A stretch of 64,000 nt of DNA, from positions 3,045,404 through 3,109,403 of the forward strand of contig CAJFCJ010000007.1 in NCBI GenBank assembly GCA_904063045.1, in the 5' to 3' direction. The position numbers and the translations under genes are program-made. The notes below the pieces were generated by a model. The model was not told the DNA's origin, made no database searches, and saw nothing but the letters and a program-made list of their open reading frames with translations. Positions 38,085 through 51,755 of this stretch are shown here, in pieces; within the stretch, counting starts at the first letter, position 1, and the number at the start of each line of letters is the position of its first letter. This DNA is from Dimorphilus gyrociliatus. Lineage: Eukaryota > Animalia > Annelida.

Positions 38085-40945
38085 AAAGAAATATTTATAT
38101 GATCGTCATTTATCCTTATATTATTTATTTATTCAACTTGAACAGATGCTAACATCTATAGTTATCGAGTAACCTAGGCGCAGGACACTGCTATATAAAA
38201 ATAAAAGACCGCTTATCTTATGATTAATATTCAATTTACAAACAGACTATTTGATTTTATATTCTTTGGATAGGCTACCAAAAATCAAGATATCCTTATC
38301 AAGTTTCCATCATAGCTTACCACACTATTCCAGGCTTGTACAACTGCAACAATATGAATGAATCATTTAGCTTATCAAGCCCTTAGGGCAGATCGTTAAG
38401 TTTTACAATTTGATTGTATAACCCTTAATGTAAATGATTGGCTTCCTTACGATTGCTCTCTCAGTCTTAAATTTAGGTAAACAGTTGATAAAAATTTCCT
38501 TATTTATTCTAAATTTTTAACTATAGATAGTAATATAGTGTGGCCCATAAATTCAATAATTTTACTCATAAATAGTCAACCTTATAACTATCTTAACGAT
38601 AAGTGAACTTGTTTAAGATAACTCTATTTTGTAACCTCTCTAGAAATTTCGTCTCATTAGATATACGCTATTTTTTCATGTGCTATAAAATTCTAAATAA
38701 GTTCACATATCAATAATTCTAATGTAAAAAAAAAAATAGCCAAGCATTGATCTAGATTTTCAAATGTTCGAAAAGGGAAAATAATCTATTGACATCCCAA
38801 GCTAATTCTAAAAATAGATAAAAAAGATTACCTCTCTTCCGGTTCTTTTTTCGTTCATTAGAGCTTTCTACTAATTGAGCACTAAATAAACTATCCATTT
38901 GTGATATTTTATAAGCTGAACACGTAGCTTTCCCAACGAAAATTTAATTATCTATTACGATATAATTCTCCGCTGAAACAACTCAGTTTGTTCAAAGTTA
39001 AAACTTCCTGAACATTTTTATTCACCTTCAAATTTCTAAAGTTGATATAAAAGGTCATCACTGTTCATTCGTTAGAAAACTAATGAAATAAAATGTAAAA
39101 GTCGAATAAAATAAGATTAAATATTATTCTATTAGGTCTACAGCCATCTTTTTTAGTTGAAAGGTTAAAAAGTAGAGAAAGAATTACTTTCCCATGAAAT
39201 ATCTTACAAGCATGTCTAATTTCTAGGTAAATGAAATTTTTACTATATACTATTCGAAGGCGTTGCTTAATAAATGTTAATATAGTAACCTTGATCGAGT
39301 TCCTTCTAATCAGATTACAATTGAATGCTCTGGTATTTTCAGTAAGAAAGTAGATTATGATTTATTAATCTACTTTTGATAAATAAATATGTTTTCTTAA
39401 GTTATTTATAAATAGATTGTCTTCAGTGTCCTCTACAGGAGCTTTTTGTCTTTATCATAGAATATTTATTTTAATTCAATTACACAGATTCTTTTGGTCA
39501 ATTCCTTTGATGATAATTTAGCAACCTTATCGTAATAATTAATAAGATATATGTTTACAAAGTTTGCTTTGTACTGTTATTTATCTAACTAGAGAGTAAT
39601 TTTTTGCGAATATGCGATAAGACCCTATCAAAAAGAAATAATTAAAAAGGCGCCAACCAATTTAATTCTATTCTACTTTCATCTTTTTATTACACGGTGA
39701 AAGTTTAAGATATTATATATATATATACTGTATATCTTTCTTTATTCTTTCTTTTTTTCTCTCTCTCTCTCTCTCTCTCTCACTCGTCCTCTTTCTCTAT
39801 AACTATCATACAAAAAGTTATTAACTATTTTTGATATTGCTATTTTTAAAAGTAGCACATTCTATTTTCTCATTTTCTAGTAGATTATTTAACAATAGAA
39901 TCAATTGACTGTTTGATAACTGTTAAAAATTATTATATAACAAAAACTTATGAATATTTAAATTAGACATATAAGAATAACTGCTCTTCTAACTGTTTAT
40001 TATTCGTGATAAAGTAGTTTATATATAAATGTGTGTGTATGCATCTATATATCTTTAATTATTAGTTTTTGGTGACACTGTAATAAGTGTGGCATAACAA
40101 TTGAAAGAACTAGGCCTATTATTGTACCATTTAAAATATGAGTCTTAGTTATGTGCTACTCGCTCAAATTTTTTATTTTAAGTTTGCCGTTTAATCAGAT
40201 AAATTATCAATTGCCTTACATTTATGGTATAAGATGCTGGCTCGGCTAATAAGACATCAGTTGCTATCGTCGATACAAGCTGGCCGCAGCGGATAATTTT
40301 TCAACATCAGTGGCGACTTAAATTATCAGTGAGCATTTTCTTTATACATTTCCTTTGATTCCCTCTCTTTCTATTCTATTTGTTTATCTATTCGAATAAT
40401 ACCTTTTCAAAAATAATATAAGATAGTTTTTAATCGCAAAATAAACTAAATTATTTTTCTTTATTCTTATTTTGCTTCCCTTCTATCCAACGTATCTTAC
40501 CTGTCTCTCTTTTTCTTTATATCTATCTCTCTTTCTATTCTACGGATGAGGATAGATATTAAGGATTAAGTTAATTATATTTGGTTTTTTTTTTTTAAAA
40601 AAAACAAATTTTTCATTTTTTTTAATCGAGAGACATTTAAGGGAAGAAACGATTGAAAGAATGAAAAAGCGTGTCATATACGAAAATAAACCAATTACTA
40701 TTAGAACGAAATGAAAATTTTAATTTCGTATATATTTTTTCTTCTATCAAAGATATAAACAATTATTAAACATTAATATCGATTATTGGCTAACGAGTTA
40801 AAACTAGTTTGACAATTGATAAGTCTAATCTGAAATTTTTATCAATTAAAGAAATAAGCTTATTAATTTTGTGTATGCCTCCTGATCTAGATAAAAGAAA
40901 AGATATTTCATACTTTTACTAAATTTGAGCATTTTAGACGGAGAT

Positions 40946-43900
40946 ATGGCGGATGATTTTGCTCCGTACTCGTTCATTAATAGTAAGTATATTACATTCT
41001 TTCCATAAAACTTAATAAAATGAAAATATTAACCTAACAATTAACTAGATGCGTACGAACTCGATCCTCAAGATATTGTGATTAATGAAAAAGAAGATAA
41101 AATTGAAGAAAAAAAGGATTGGACTGAAAAAAATGGTCTAAAAGCACCTCCTCATATATTCCCACCGAAATCTCCTCACCCTGCGCCAACAGAGGAACAA
41201 CTGAAGGCTGAATGTGCAAAGTCTAATGTAGAGAAATATACAGGGAAGGGTGGAGCTGTACCGATGAGTGAAGTGGTAAGTTAAAAATTACTTTAACGAG
41301 AAAGCAGTTTTACATTATTCACAATTTCTAAACTATTTTACAGTTTCGATACGCTGACTCTAGAGATATATTTTTCATGATTCTTGGAGGAGTTGCAGCT
41401 GGTTTGTTATTAATATTTTAAATAGTTGTAAACTAGTTTAATATCTTCATCAAATACAGCCATTCACGGTGCTCTTTACGTTTTGGTTACGGTACTTTTG
41501 GGTCTACAGATGGATACGTTTATTAACTATGATAGAAGCGAATGGTATTTGAATGCATATAATGACTCTATAACTAGTGAAAGTAGAAAGCTTGGCGTAA
41601 ATTTAACAAAGGCGATGATTTATCAAAATAGATCACTTATAAACCTTCTTGGTCAAAATAGTTCTTTACCATATTTAAACTCTTGTTTAGTAAATGATAT
41701 TGATAATAATGGAGTTTTAAAAGAAATGAGAGGCTATACGTGGTGGTACTTAGGATTTGCAGGACTTGTCCTCATTTGCGCGTTTCTTCAAATTACACTT
41801 TGGGTTGTTTCCGCCGAACGTCAAGTTAGAAGAATAAGGACACTATTTCTAAAAGCTGTTCTTCGACAAGAAGTTGGTTGGTACGATCAACTTGGTGTTG
41901 GTGAATTGAATACGAGAATGTCTGATGATATGTACAAGATTATTGATGGTATTGGTGATAAATTTGCAACTTTTATACAAATGTTTAGCTGCTTTATCGT
42001 TTCATTTGTCACTGGTTTTGTTACTGGCTGGAAATTATCCTTGGTTATGTTGGCGATTGTACCTGCTCTGATTGGCGCTGCTTTAGTTGCTTCAAAATTG
42101 AACGCTTCACTTACGGCGAAAGAGTTAAAAGCTTACGCTAAAGCTGGAAAGGTTGCGGAAGAGGTTCTTGGTTCGATCAGAACGGTTGCTGCTTTCGGTG
42201 GTGAAAAAAAAGAGAGCATCAGGTACACAAATAATCTATATGACGCAAGAAAGAAAGGTATTCGAAAGGGCTTTATCCTTGGAATTGGTATGGGTATAGC
42301 TTGGTTGATTTTGTACTCGTCATATGCCCTAGGATTTTGGTTTGGTTCCAGGCTAGTTGTAAATGAAGGTCCAAAGTGTCCGCAAAATGGTACCGTTAAT
42401 ATTAATTCTACTCATCCTTCATTATACGAGCCAATCAAAGGAAATTACACTGCTGGAAGATTGCTAATCGTTTTCTTCAGTATCGTTACCGGTGCTATTG
42501 CTATTGGTCAAGCTGGACCAAACATTCAAGCTATATCTACCGCTAGAGGAGCTTGTCATCTTATCTTTAGCATTATCGATAGGGTGAGTGGAATAAATAA
42601 TTTTTCACATTTCCGACAACTTAATAATGACTTTCTTTTTTTAGACACCAAAAATTGATAGCGCCTCAACAGAAGGAAAGAAGCCATCCAGCTTAACTGG
42701 TAATATTTCCTTCAAAAATGTCTGGTTCAGATATCCAACTAGACCAGACGTTCCTGTTCTTCAAGGAATGACCCTCGATGTTAAAGTTGGTCAAACAGTA
42801 GCCCTTGTAGGATCATCAGGCTGCGGAAAGAGTACAAGCGTTCAGTTAATACAGCGTTTCTACGATCCTCTCTTTGGGTCTATTGAAATTGATGGCAACG
42901 ATATAAAAGAACTGAATCTTAAGTGGTTGAGAGAACAAATTGGTATTGTTTCCCAGGAACCGATTTTGTTCGGTACAACTATTAAAGAAAACATCCGATA
43001 TGGTAGAGAGGGCGTAAGTGATAGTGATATTGAAAAAGCTGCCAAAAACGCCAATGCATTCAACTTTATTGATAAACTGCCAGAGAAATTTGATACGTTA
43101 GTAGGTGAACGAGGAACCCAACTTAGTGGTGGTCAGAAGCAACGTATTGCCATCGCCAGAGCTCTCGTTAGAAATCCTAAAATTCTGTTAGTATTCATTG
43201 AGTTTATAATAATTTAAAGATGTCTAAACAAACACAATCACATCTTTTTTCATATATAGTTTGTTGGACGAGGCTACTTCGGCTTTAGATACGGAATCAG
43301 AAGCTACTGTTCAAAATGCCTTAGATAAAGCTCGCCAAGGAAGAACTACTTTGGTTATCGCCCACAGATTGTCTACTGTTAGAAATGCAGATATTATTTG
43401 CGGTTTTAGGCAAGGCGTTCTTGTCGAAATGGGTTGTCACGAAGATTTAATGCTTAACGAAGGTGGAGTATACTATCAATTGGTCACTATGCAATCTAGA
43501 CAAGCTGCTTTGGATGCCGAAGCGGCTAAGAGCACTGACAATGCTATCGAAGCCGACATTGTTCCACCCGATCCAGATGCAATACCAGAAGTTGAAAAAT
43601 TAGTAAAGGCTGATGATCCGGAAGAGGAGAATTTTGCAGAAAAACTCTCTGGCTCTTTAAGAGGATCTCTAAGAGCTTTAAAACGTGTTGGAGCCGGATT
43701 TGGATTTAGTGGACCCTCAATTGGTAGACTTCATCATAACGAGGAACAAGATGAAATCAACATGGCCAAGAAACTAGCGTTTGAAGAAGAAGTTACAAAA
43801 CCCGCCCCAGTTAGTAAGATCGTTGCCATGAATAAAAAAGAATGGGTTTATATATTATTTGGTTGTCTGGCTTGTATTATAAATGGATCAGAAAATCCTG

Positions 43901-45831
43901 TTTTTGCTGTCGTCTTTACAACCCTTTTGGCTGTAAGTTATTTAAAAACTAAGCCTACCTAATAGACGTCTACTAAATACCAAATATTAACAATTTGTTA
44001 CAGGCTTTCATCGAAATAGAACCAGACCTACAAAAAAGTCAATCAGAGAGATATTCACTAGCTTTCGTTGGAATGGGCGGTGCCTTAATTATCTCACAAT
44101 TTCTCATGGTAGGTCTATGATAAGATTTTATGAGTAATTTACTATTTTTATAAATATTATAATTACAGAATTATATGTTTGCCAACTCTGGAGAAAGACT
44201 AACAATGCGTTTAAGAAAATTAACTTTTAAGTCTATGTTACGCCAGAATATCGCTTGGTTTGACGATCACAAGAATAACGTTGGTGCTCTGTGCACAAGA
44301 TTAGCCAGAGATGCCTCAAGCGTCCAGGGAGCAACTGGATCTAGAGTCGGGCTTATTTTACAGAACTTCTCAAACATTGGAATTGGTATTATTTTGGCTT
44401 TTGTCCTAAACTGGAGATTGACATTGGTTATGTGCGCCTTTTTACCGCTTATTGTCATTACTGGAGTATTAGAGACAAGAGTTTTAACAGGTGTAGCTGC
44501 AAACGATAAAAAAGAATTGGAAAAGGCTGGTAAAGTCGCTTTGGAAGCTGTAGAAAATATAAGAACAGTGGCTTCGTTAACCAAAGAAAACAAATTCTAT
44601 TCTATGTACAATGACATGTTACAAATCCCTTACAAAAATTCATTGAAGAAGGCCTGGGTATTCGGATTATCCTTTGCCATTTCTCAATCAATTGTATATA
44701 TTATCTTTGGTGTTGCCTTCCTTTTTGGTGCTTTCCTTATTCAGAGAGGTCACGCTGATTTTAATAGGGTTTTTGCTGTTGTATCTGTTGTTATTTTCGG
44801 TGCTATGGGTATTGGGCAAGCTATTGCATTTGCTCCTGATTATACGAAAGCGCGTGTTGCTGCTGCTAGACTATTCCATCTCTTTGATCGGGTACCACCA
44901 ATAGATATCTATTCTCCAAAGGGAAAGATATTGCCAAATTTCGATGGTAGAGTCAGATTTGAAGAAGTTCGCTTTAGATATCCAACAAGACCAGAGATTC
45001 CAATTTTGCAAGGCTTGAATTTGAAGGTCATTCCTGGTCAAACGTTAGCGTTGGTCGGATCGTCTGGTTGCGGTAAAAGTACAACTGTATCCTTAATTGA
45101 AAGATTTTACGATTCTCTCACGGGAACTTGCCTAGTTGACGGTGTAAATATAAAAGATTTGAATCTGGATTGGTTTAGACGGCAATGCGGAATTGTGTCC
45201 CAAGAGCCAATATTATTTGACGCCTCCATTGCAGAAAACATAGCCTACGGAGATAATAGTCGTAAAGTAACAATTGACGAAGTAATCACAGCAGCCAAGA
45301 ATTCAAACATCCACAGCTTTATCAGTTCCTTACCAAACGGTTACGATACGAACGTAGGTGATAGAGGAACGCAACTGAGTGGAGGTCAAAAGCAACGGGT
45401 TGCCATAGCCAGAGCTTTAGTAAGAAAACCAAAAATTTTGTAAGTAGTTTATCCTCCCACCCGAAGAACCCTATTTCTCTAAGTAATAGCTTTTACATTT
45501 ACGTTTCTTTCTAAAGGTTATTGGATGAAGCAACATCCGCCTTAGATACAGAATCCGAAAAGGTTACATTCTAAATTAAATTACATTGAAAATCTTTAAT
45601 ATAATATTCTTCTAACGTTACTAGATCGTTCAAGAGGCTCTTGATCAAGCTCGAGCAGGTAGAACCTGCATCGTTATCGCTCATAGGCTTTCAACTATTC
45701 AAGATGCAGATGCCATTGCCGTTTTCCACAAAGGTCGTGTATGCGAATTAGGCAAACACAGCGAATTATTGGAAAAGAAAGGAATCTACTGGAATTTACA
45801 ACAAGTGCAAGCTGGTGCTGGCAAAAATTAA
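40946..45831 (+). CDS. ABCB1: ABCB1/P-glycoprotein (MDR) full transporter, TMD-NBD-TMD-NBD, multi-exon
   Basis: Two Walker A motifs (GSSGCGKST), two LSGGQKQR signatures, two [11 protein letters not shown] motifs and two TMD blocks. The stop TAA is at 45829-45831. The exact ABCB paralog is not resolvable by eye. Confidence 0.95.
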
Positions 45832-46429
45832 ACTGATGTAGTTTTTAGGCCTAAATTTAATCTGTTATTTTTTTCGTTTTTTATTTAAAAAAAAATGTTC
45901 TAGTGATAATGTTTCGTAAAAGAATATTACGTGTATTTTTTGTTTTTTCTTGTTTTTAATTGATTTATATTTTTTCATATCTGATTAAAAATTAAAAATA
46001 ATAAAATATGTATGATTTTTGTAGGAATTAGTGTTTTAAATTCATAAAAAACGCGCCAATTGTGAAAAATATTATTACAATCTAAAAGGATCGTTCTGAT
46101 TGGTTAGGAAAACGATTAGTGGCCAATAAGGAAGCCTTAAAACTTTCTATGCGGATCTGGTCATGGGTGGCGATTAAACTTCCGGTACGAAAGAATATCT
46201 TTTTCCTTATTTATATCGAAATACATTATGCTGTAGTTATTTTGAGATTGATGTTCAAGAATTTTCAATTTCGTGTTTACGTAAGATAAACATTGGACGA
46301 TCGTCAACGAATGTAGGCCTGAATGTAGTTATCAACAAACTGATAAGATTTAGATGCGATAATTAAATAATTTCTCGTTGACAGTTTATAGCATACCATT
46401 GAATACCTGCAAAAATAGATTGGAGTGAA

Positions 46430-49400
46430 ATGGATACTTATGTGAAATTTTTAAAGGATTGTACGTGTTATAGTGATCGATCAGAGGAGGTTTGTAAAAA
46501 AAACACAACGAAAATAATTAATGTCAAAGATTAATTATCTTGCGTAAAAATAAAAAAACAACAGATACATATATCTGCTGGTACGGAAGCAAAGTTAATT
46601 GAATCGCTCAGAGACAATTGGTCATTTGTTTGCAAAATTGGCGAGACTAGAAGTTTAAGGGCGCCTTCAGATTTATTAGAAGTAAGTGCTAATGAATTTC
46701 AAAGAATTTCTAAAGGTCATTCGTCAACGTAAAACACACAGCTAATTTACAAGACTGTAGTTGAAGTCGATGCAGGGATTGAGCGAGATCACTTATCATC
46801 GCCTAGCCAAGAGATTCACAACGCGGAACACGTATCCACCATTGAGGTGGCCGAGGACACAATAGAAGGCGGTAGCACATCAAAAAACCTCTCAGAGCCA
46901 ACCTACGTAAATACTGAAGAAATAAAACAAATGAAAAAATTAGGAGGTACCTCGATAATTACGATTGGCGAAATACCACCAAAACCCAAACCAAAACCAG
47001 CACCTCGCCAAAGACCCCAACAATTTGCTAAAAATAACAATACCGCTACTTCACCACACCCTCAGACTAGCTATCAAGCTCAGACGAAACAAACGCCCGA
47101 TTCGTCACCGGGCAACACCCTTGAGAGGAGTGTTACGTCAGATTATGGAAGTGATAACCGTTCTTCTAGTAGTTCGCCTGCTAAACTATTAGACGATGAT
47201 CCATTATACGCTAATACACAATTACGGAGTGATAATAGTACATTCCATAAGAAAAAGTCTATGGCTCCGCCACCTCCTAAACCTTACGTAGAGAGAGAGC
47301 ATTTAGAACCAGAAAAGTCAAAAGTTCAACAAATTTCCCCCAACTCTCAGTCCGTAAGTTCTCTATTAACCTTTTAATTTTTTTTCTATCATCTAAGCAA
47401 TGCTCATTTCTCTTTCTATTAAAAAAGAGAAGAAAAAACAAACTATCTATTCTAAATAATATATCTATATTATATTATAAGATGGCGGCATGTCCTATAT
47501 AACTTAACGCTTTGAAACGCTTTTAATTTTCAGCCACCTCCTCCTCCACTTAATTCTTTCGGTGTACCATATCCTGTTGATGCAACTCTTCAATATAACC
47601 GTAATTTTGAGGTAAAAGGATTAAAAAAAAAACAAAAAAAATCCCCTTTCCAAAAGCCAAAAAAAAATTCAAAGAAAAACAAAGTAACAATAATATATTA
47701 TAGCAAGTTCATAAATTCATTATTTATGATTATTGCTATTTTCATATAGCTAAGTAAATAGTATATGCATTAATTGATTACTGTTAATTTGCTTCAATTC
47801 TTTCTGTTCTCTATTCTTTTTTTTATGGCTAATAGCATCCTTTACTGTCTCTCTCTCTCTCTCTCTCTCTTTTTTTATTTTTTATTTCTATTCTTTATAT
47901 AGATATTTCAATTATATTGTATTTTAATACGTATATATTTATATAGCCAGAACAGGAGAGGGGATCTTCTGTTTCATCAGTTACTGAAGATTTGCCGGAA
48001 GGTTGGTCCAGGGTTAACGAAAATGGCCATTCATTTTTAATCCATCCATCTATCGAGGGTAAATGGAATAGTTCAGTTGATCCGTCAGGTAAAATGTACT
48101 ACTATAACTTGGACACTCAACACTCTGAATGGAAACTTCCAATACCGGTATCTATTAGTTTATTATTTAAATTTTAACAAACAAATAAACAAGATAAAAA
48201 TTAGTAAACATTTTAAAAAATTAGCAAAACAGCACAATCTATTTTAGTTTTTAGATCTTTTTTGTTTTTTTTTTTGCTTTAAATGTTGTTTTTTTTTTTT
48301 TTCTCACTTGTCGCATGCTAATCTAAAACAAAAACAGCAATCAGCGAATGCCAGTTGTCTAAGACCGATGAATCGTAATGAAAAGATGAGTGTGAGATCA
48401 TCAATCCTCCAACCGAATTTATTACTAAATGAAAAATCTTCATTTTTAAATAATGCAAGAACCAATTACGAAAGAGAAGATAATAATTTGGTATTTTATA
48501 TTTTTCCTCTTTTATTCTCTTAAACTAACTATTAAAATGTATTCTTTTAAATGTTTGTTATTTTTTTTTTAAAAATCAATTTCTATATTTTCCATTTTAG
48601 TTAGATAGCTTGATATGTTAGTTCTTGTTTGTAGTTTTCCATCCATATTTTAACAACCGAAACAAATAGCACATAACGAAAAACTATCAGCTATATATAT
48701 ATTATATTAGTTAATAAGATTTTATTTATTTATTTATTAAAAGTATTAATTAAATAAATGTTTTTCTTTTTATATAATTTCCTTTCTTTTCTTCTTTCAG
48801 GATGCTAAAGGTTTTGATAAAGTAAGTAGCCATTTCTCTGTTTCTTTCACCTTTTTAATAATTATTCGTCTATATACAAAAGGTGGAGTGCAAAACACAA
48901 AAACTAAGGATAATTATTTAATCATTTATCCATATTCTTGTATGAATGTGTTCATAAATTAATTCATTAAACAAACAAAAAAAAAACAAACAATACTGCC
49001 TTTTACTTAGATGGGTTTTCTTTCAACGCCTGTTCCTCGACGTGGTCATCCTGTACATAGAGTCAAATCAACTTCGTCTCGTACTAAGCCTGTAATTCAG
49101 GTAGTTGACTAAATAAATAAATAAATAAAAAGACAATGTATATTATTCTAATTAAGTTAAAACAAAGATTTTCATAATTTTCAACATACTAAAGGAAAAT
49201 ATGTATATAATTGAATTTTAGGAATCGAGGGATAGTAGATCTTCTCGTACTCGATCGGCTTTTTATCCATTTCGTTTTTGCCAGGTGATATATAACGGTA
49301 CAATAGATGTTTTGGAGCATGTTTATATATTTTTTTCCTTTTGTTATTCTCAAGAAAAGAATATATTGAGCTATTTTTTCTTTTCCCTTCACATACAGTA

Positions 49401-51755
49401 TACAGTATATACAGATTCTTATATTTTTTTATTATATACTCTATTTTTCTTTTTTTGCTTTGTCATTTTATAGTTTTTACAATATTTTTCTAGTTTTGAG
49501 AATAATGTTATGAGCATGCGTCCGAAAAAGGAAATAGAACTTTATAAATAGAATAGATATGGATTCGTATATAGTATATTTTAATAATAGAAAAGGATAG
49601 GAAAAAAATCATAAAATAAGAAGCTACTCTCTTCTCATTTTACTTTCTCCTTATGCTTCTTTTCTTTTCGTTTTTTTTTATATACTTTATATTAGTAAGA
49701 TTTGTTTGAATGGGCATGCTTCAGTTACTTTTTATATTCTCTCTTTGTATTACAGACTATTGAGAAGTAGCTATTTATTGTATTTTATTAAATAATTTAA
49801 CATTATTAAGTATTGTTTATATTATATAACAAATAACTATTTATAGATATATCAATATCATTCTTGTGCATGATAAAGAATTCCTATTTTATTTTATTGT
49901 TAGTAAAAAAAACCAGACTCTTATCTACATGTTTACTTATTATTAATTTTTGTTTTTTTTTTTTTAAAAACAACCATTTCCAGCCCAAAACGAAACAAGG
50001 AACGCTTGCCAAAACGAAAATATCTGATAATAATAAAAAGAAGATTAAGTATAATTTTTATTATTATTAATTTTTTATTATTATTTGATACTAAGAAAAA
50101 AATATGTTAATTACTATCTCTAGAAAAAATTGGACGTCTGTGTTCGCCGTTACTCAAGGTTCTAAATTATGCTTTTATAAAGAAAATAAAAAGAGTAGTC
50201 TTAGTTCACCTACAAGTTGTTCTAAAGAAAAAATGGACTCTCAAATTGAGTTATGTAAAGCGGAAGTGGTTTTAGTGGGTGATAAAAGTTCGGAATCAAG
50301 TAGAAAATATATTGTCAAAGTTACAAGCCCTGAAAGTGGAACGTTCCTATTATCAGCTGAAAATACTGCAGAAGCTCAAGATTGGTTCGAAACTTTGAAT
50401 AATAATTCTCATCTACCATTTAAATTAGACGGAATAGAAGATTCACTTCTTAAGGCAACAAATTTATCATCTTCAATGGAAAATTTACCAGGAGCTTCCC
50501 AATCTCCAATCTTGGATAAAAAATCGAAGAAGGACAAAAAAAGAGGAAATTCGTCACGTGAAAGTAAGCTATAGTTGTTTTTTTTATTCCTTTTTATTAG
50601 TTAATTAAATTAATCAATTAATTAGTTAATTGATTAATTTTAAATAATCTTGACAAATAGTACACGATAATTAACAATAGAAAAAAACAACAAAGTAATT
50701 AACTAATTGACTATTTCATATTTTTTTATTAACAATCCACATCTTCTTTTTGCTTTTTTACGCCTTTATTAAAACACAATGTTTATTGTTTTATAAAGCA
50801 TATTAAACAGTAACAAGACGAAACGATTTATAGCAGGCTATTTGTTTTTTATACTGAACAATCTCGCAGATACTCTAGAAAGAAAGCAAAGTGTCGAAGA
50901 GAAGGGAGGAGGCGCAGGAGGAGGAGGAGGAGGAGGAAGCAACTCTAAATTTCGAGACTTTTTATCACGCTTTATCACTCGCCGCCCAAATGTTGAACAA
51001 GTGAAAGCTAAAGGCATTCTTAAAGGTGTTTTGTTTTTCTATTTTCTCATTCTGCTCCATCTAACAAACTATCTATCTATCTATATATCTATCGATTTAT
51101 CTGCCTAATTCTCTTCTTTCTTGTAACATTGTATGTAAATTATATATCACTAACATTCATATTTATTCATTCAGATCCACTTATTTTTGGCTCGACCATA
51201 GAAAGCATCTGTGAACGAGAAAACTCTTTGTGTCCTAAATTTATTGAACAGTGTATAGCAGCCATCGAGAAGAAGGGACTACAACATGACGGAATATATA
51301 GACTATCCGGAAATCAGGCGGAAATTCAAAGCGTTCGCTGGCAAATAGATCAGCAGCAGGATTTCTGTTTGGATGACGTTCAAGACATTAACGTTCTAAC
51401 TGGTGCACTAAAACTCTTCTTCCGAGAACTAAGTGAGCCTCTAATACCTTATGAAGTGTTCGACGAAATGATTGAGGCAATGCAATTAACACATAATGAA
51501 AAATTAGCAAAGATCCAATCCTGCATTAACAAGTTACCAGAATGTAGATTGAATACTTTTTCTAAATTAATTATTCACCTTCGTCGAGTTCTAGAGTTAA
51601 AAGGACAAAACAGAATGCAAGCGCAAAGCATTGCTATTGTTTTTGGACCTAACCTAATGTGGCAAAAGGAAAAGTATAATTTAACCAATGCCATGACAAA
51701 CGCTAATTATATAATGGATTTAATATTATCTGAAAATCTCCAATTTCCTCAATGA
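46430..51755 (+). CDS. ARHGAP12: RhoGAP of the ARHGAP9/12/15/27 family: divergent SH3, WW, PH, RhoGAP; multi-exon
   Basis: The start MDTYVKFLKD..|IHISAG..DNW..RAP is SH3-like. WW reads LPEGW..YYYNLDTQHSEWKLP, PH reads KQGTLAKTKI..KNWTSVF..FLLSAE..DWF, and RhoGAP reads FITRRP..KGILK|D..IFG..GIYRLSGN..ALKLFFREL..N.M..IAIVFGPNL. Confidence 0.88.

Noticed and set aside
40230-40330. GC-richer patch with a 20-aa ORF (MLARLIRHQLLSSIQAGRSG) and a GTGAGC donor
   Set aside because: Best explained as an ABCB1 5'UTR exon or promoter; too short to call.
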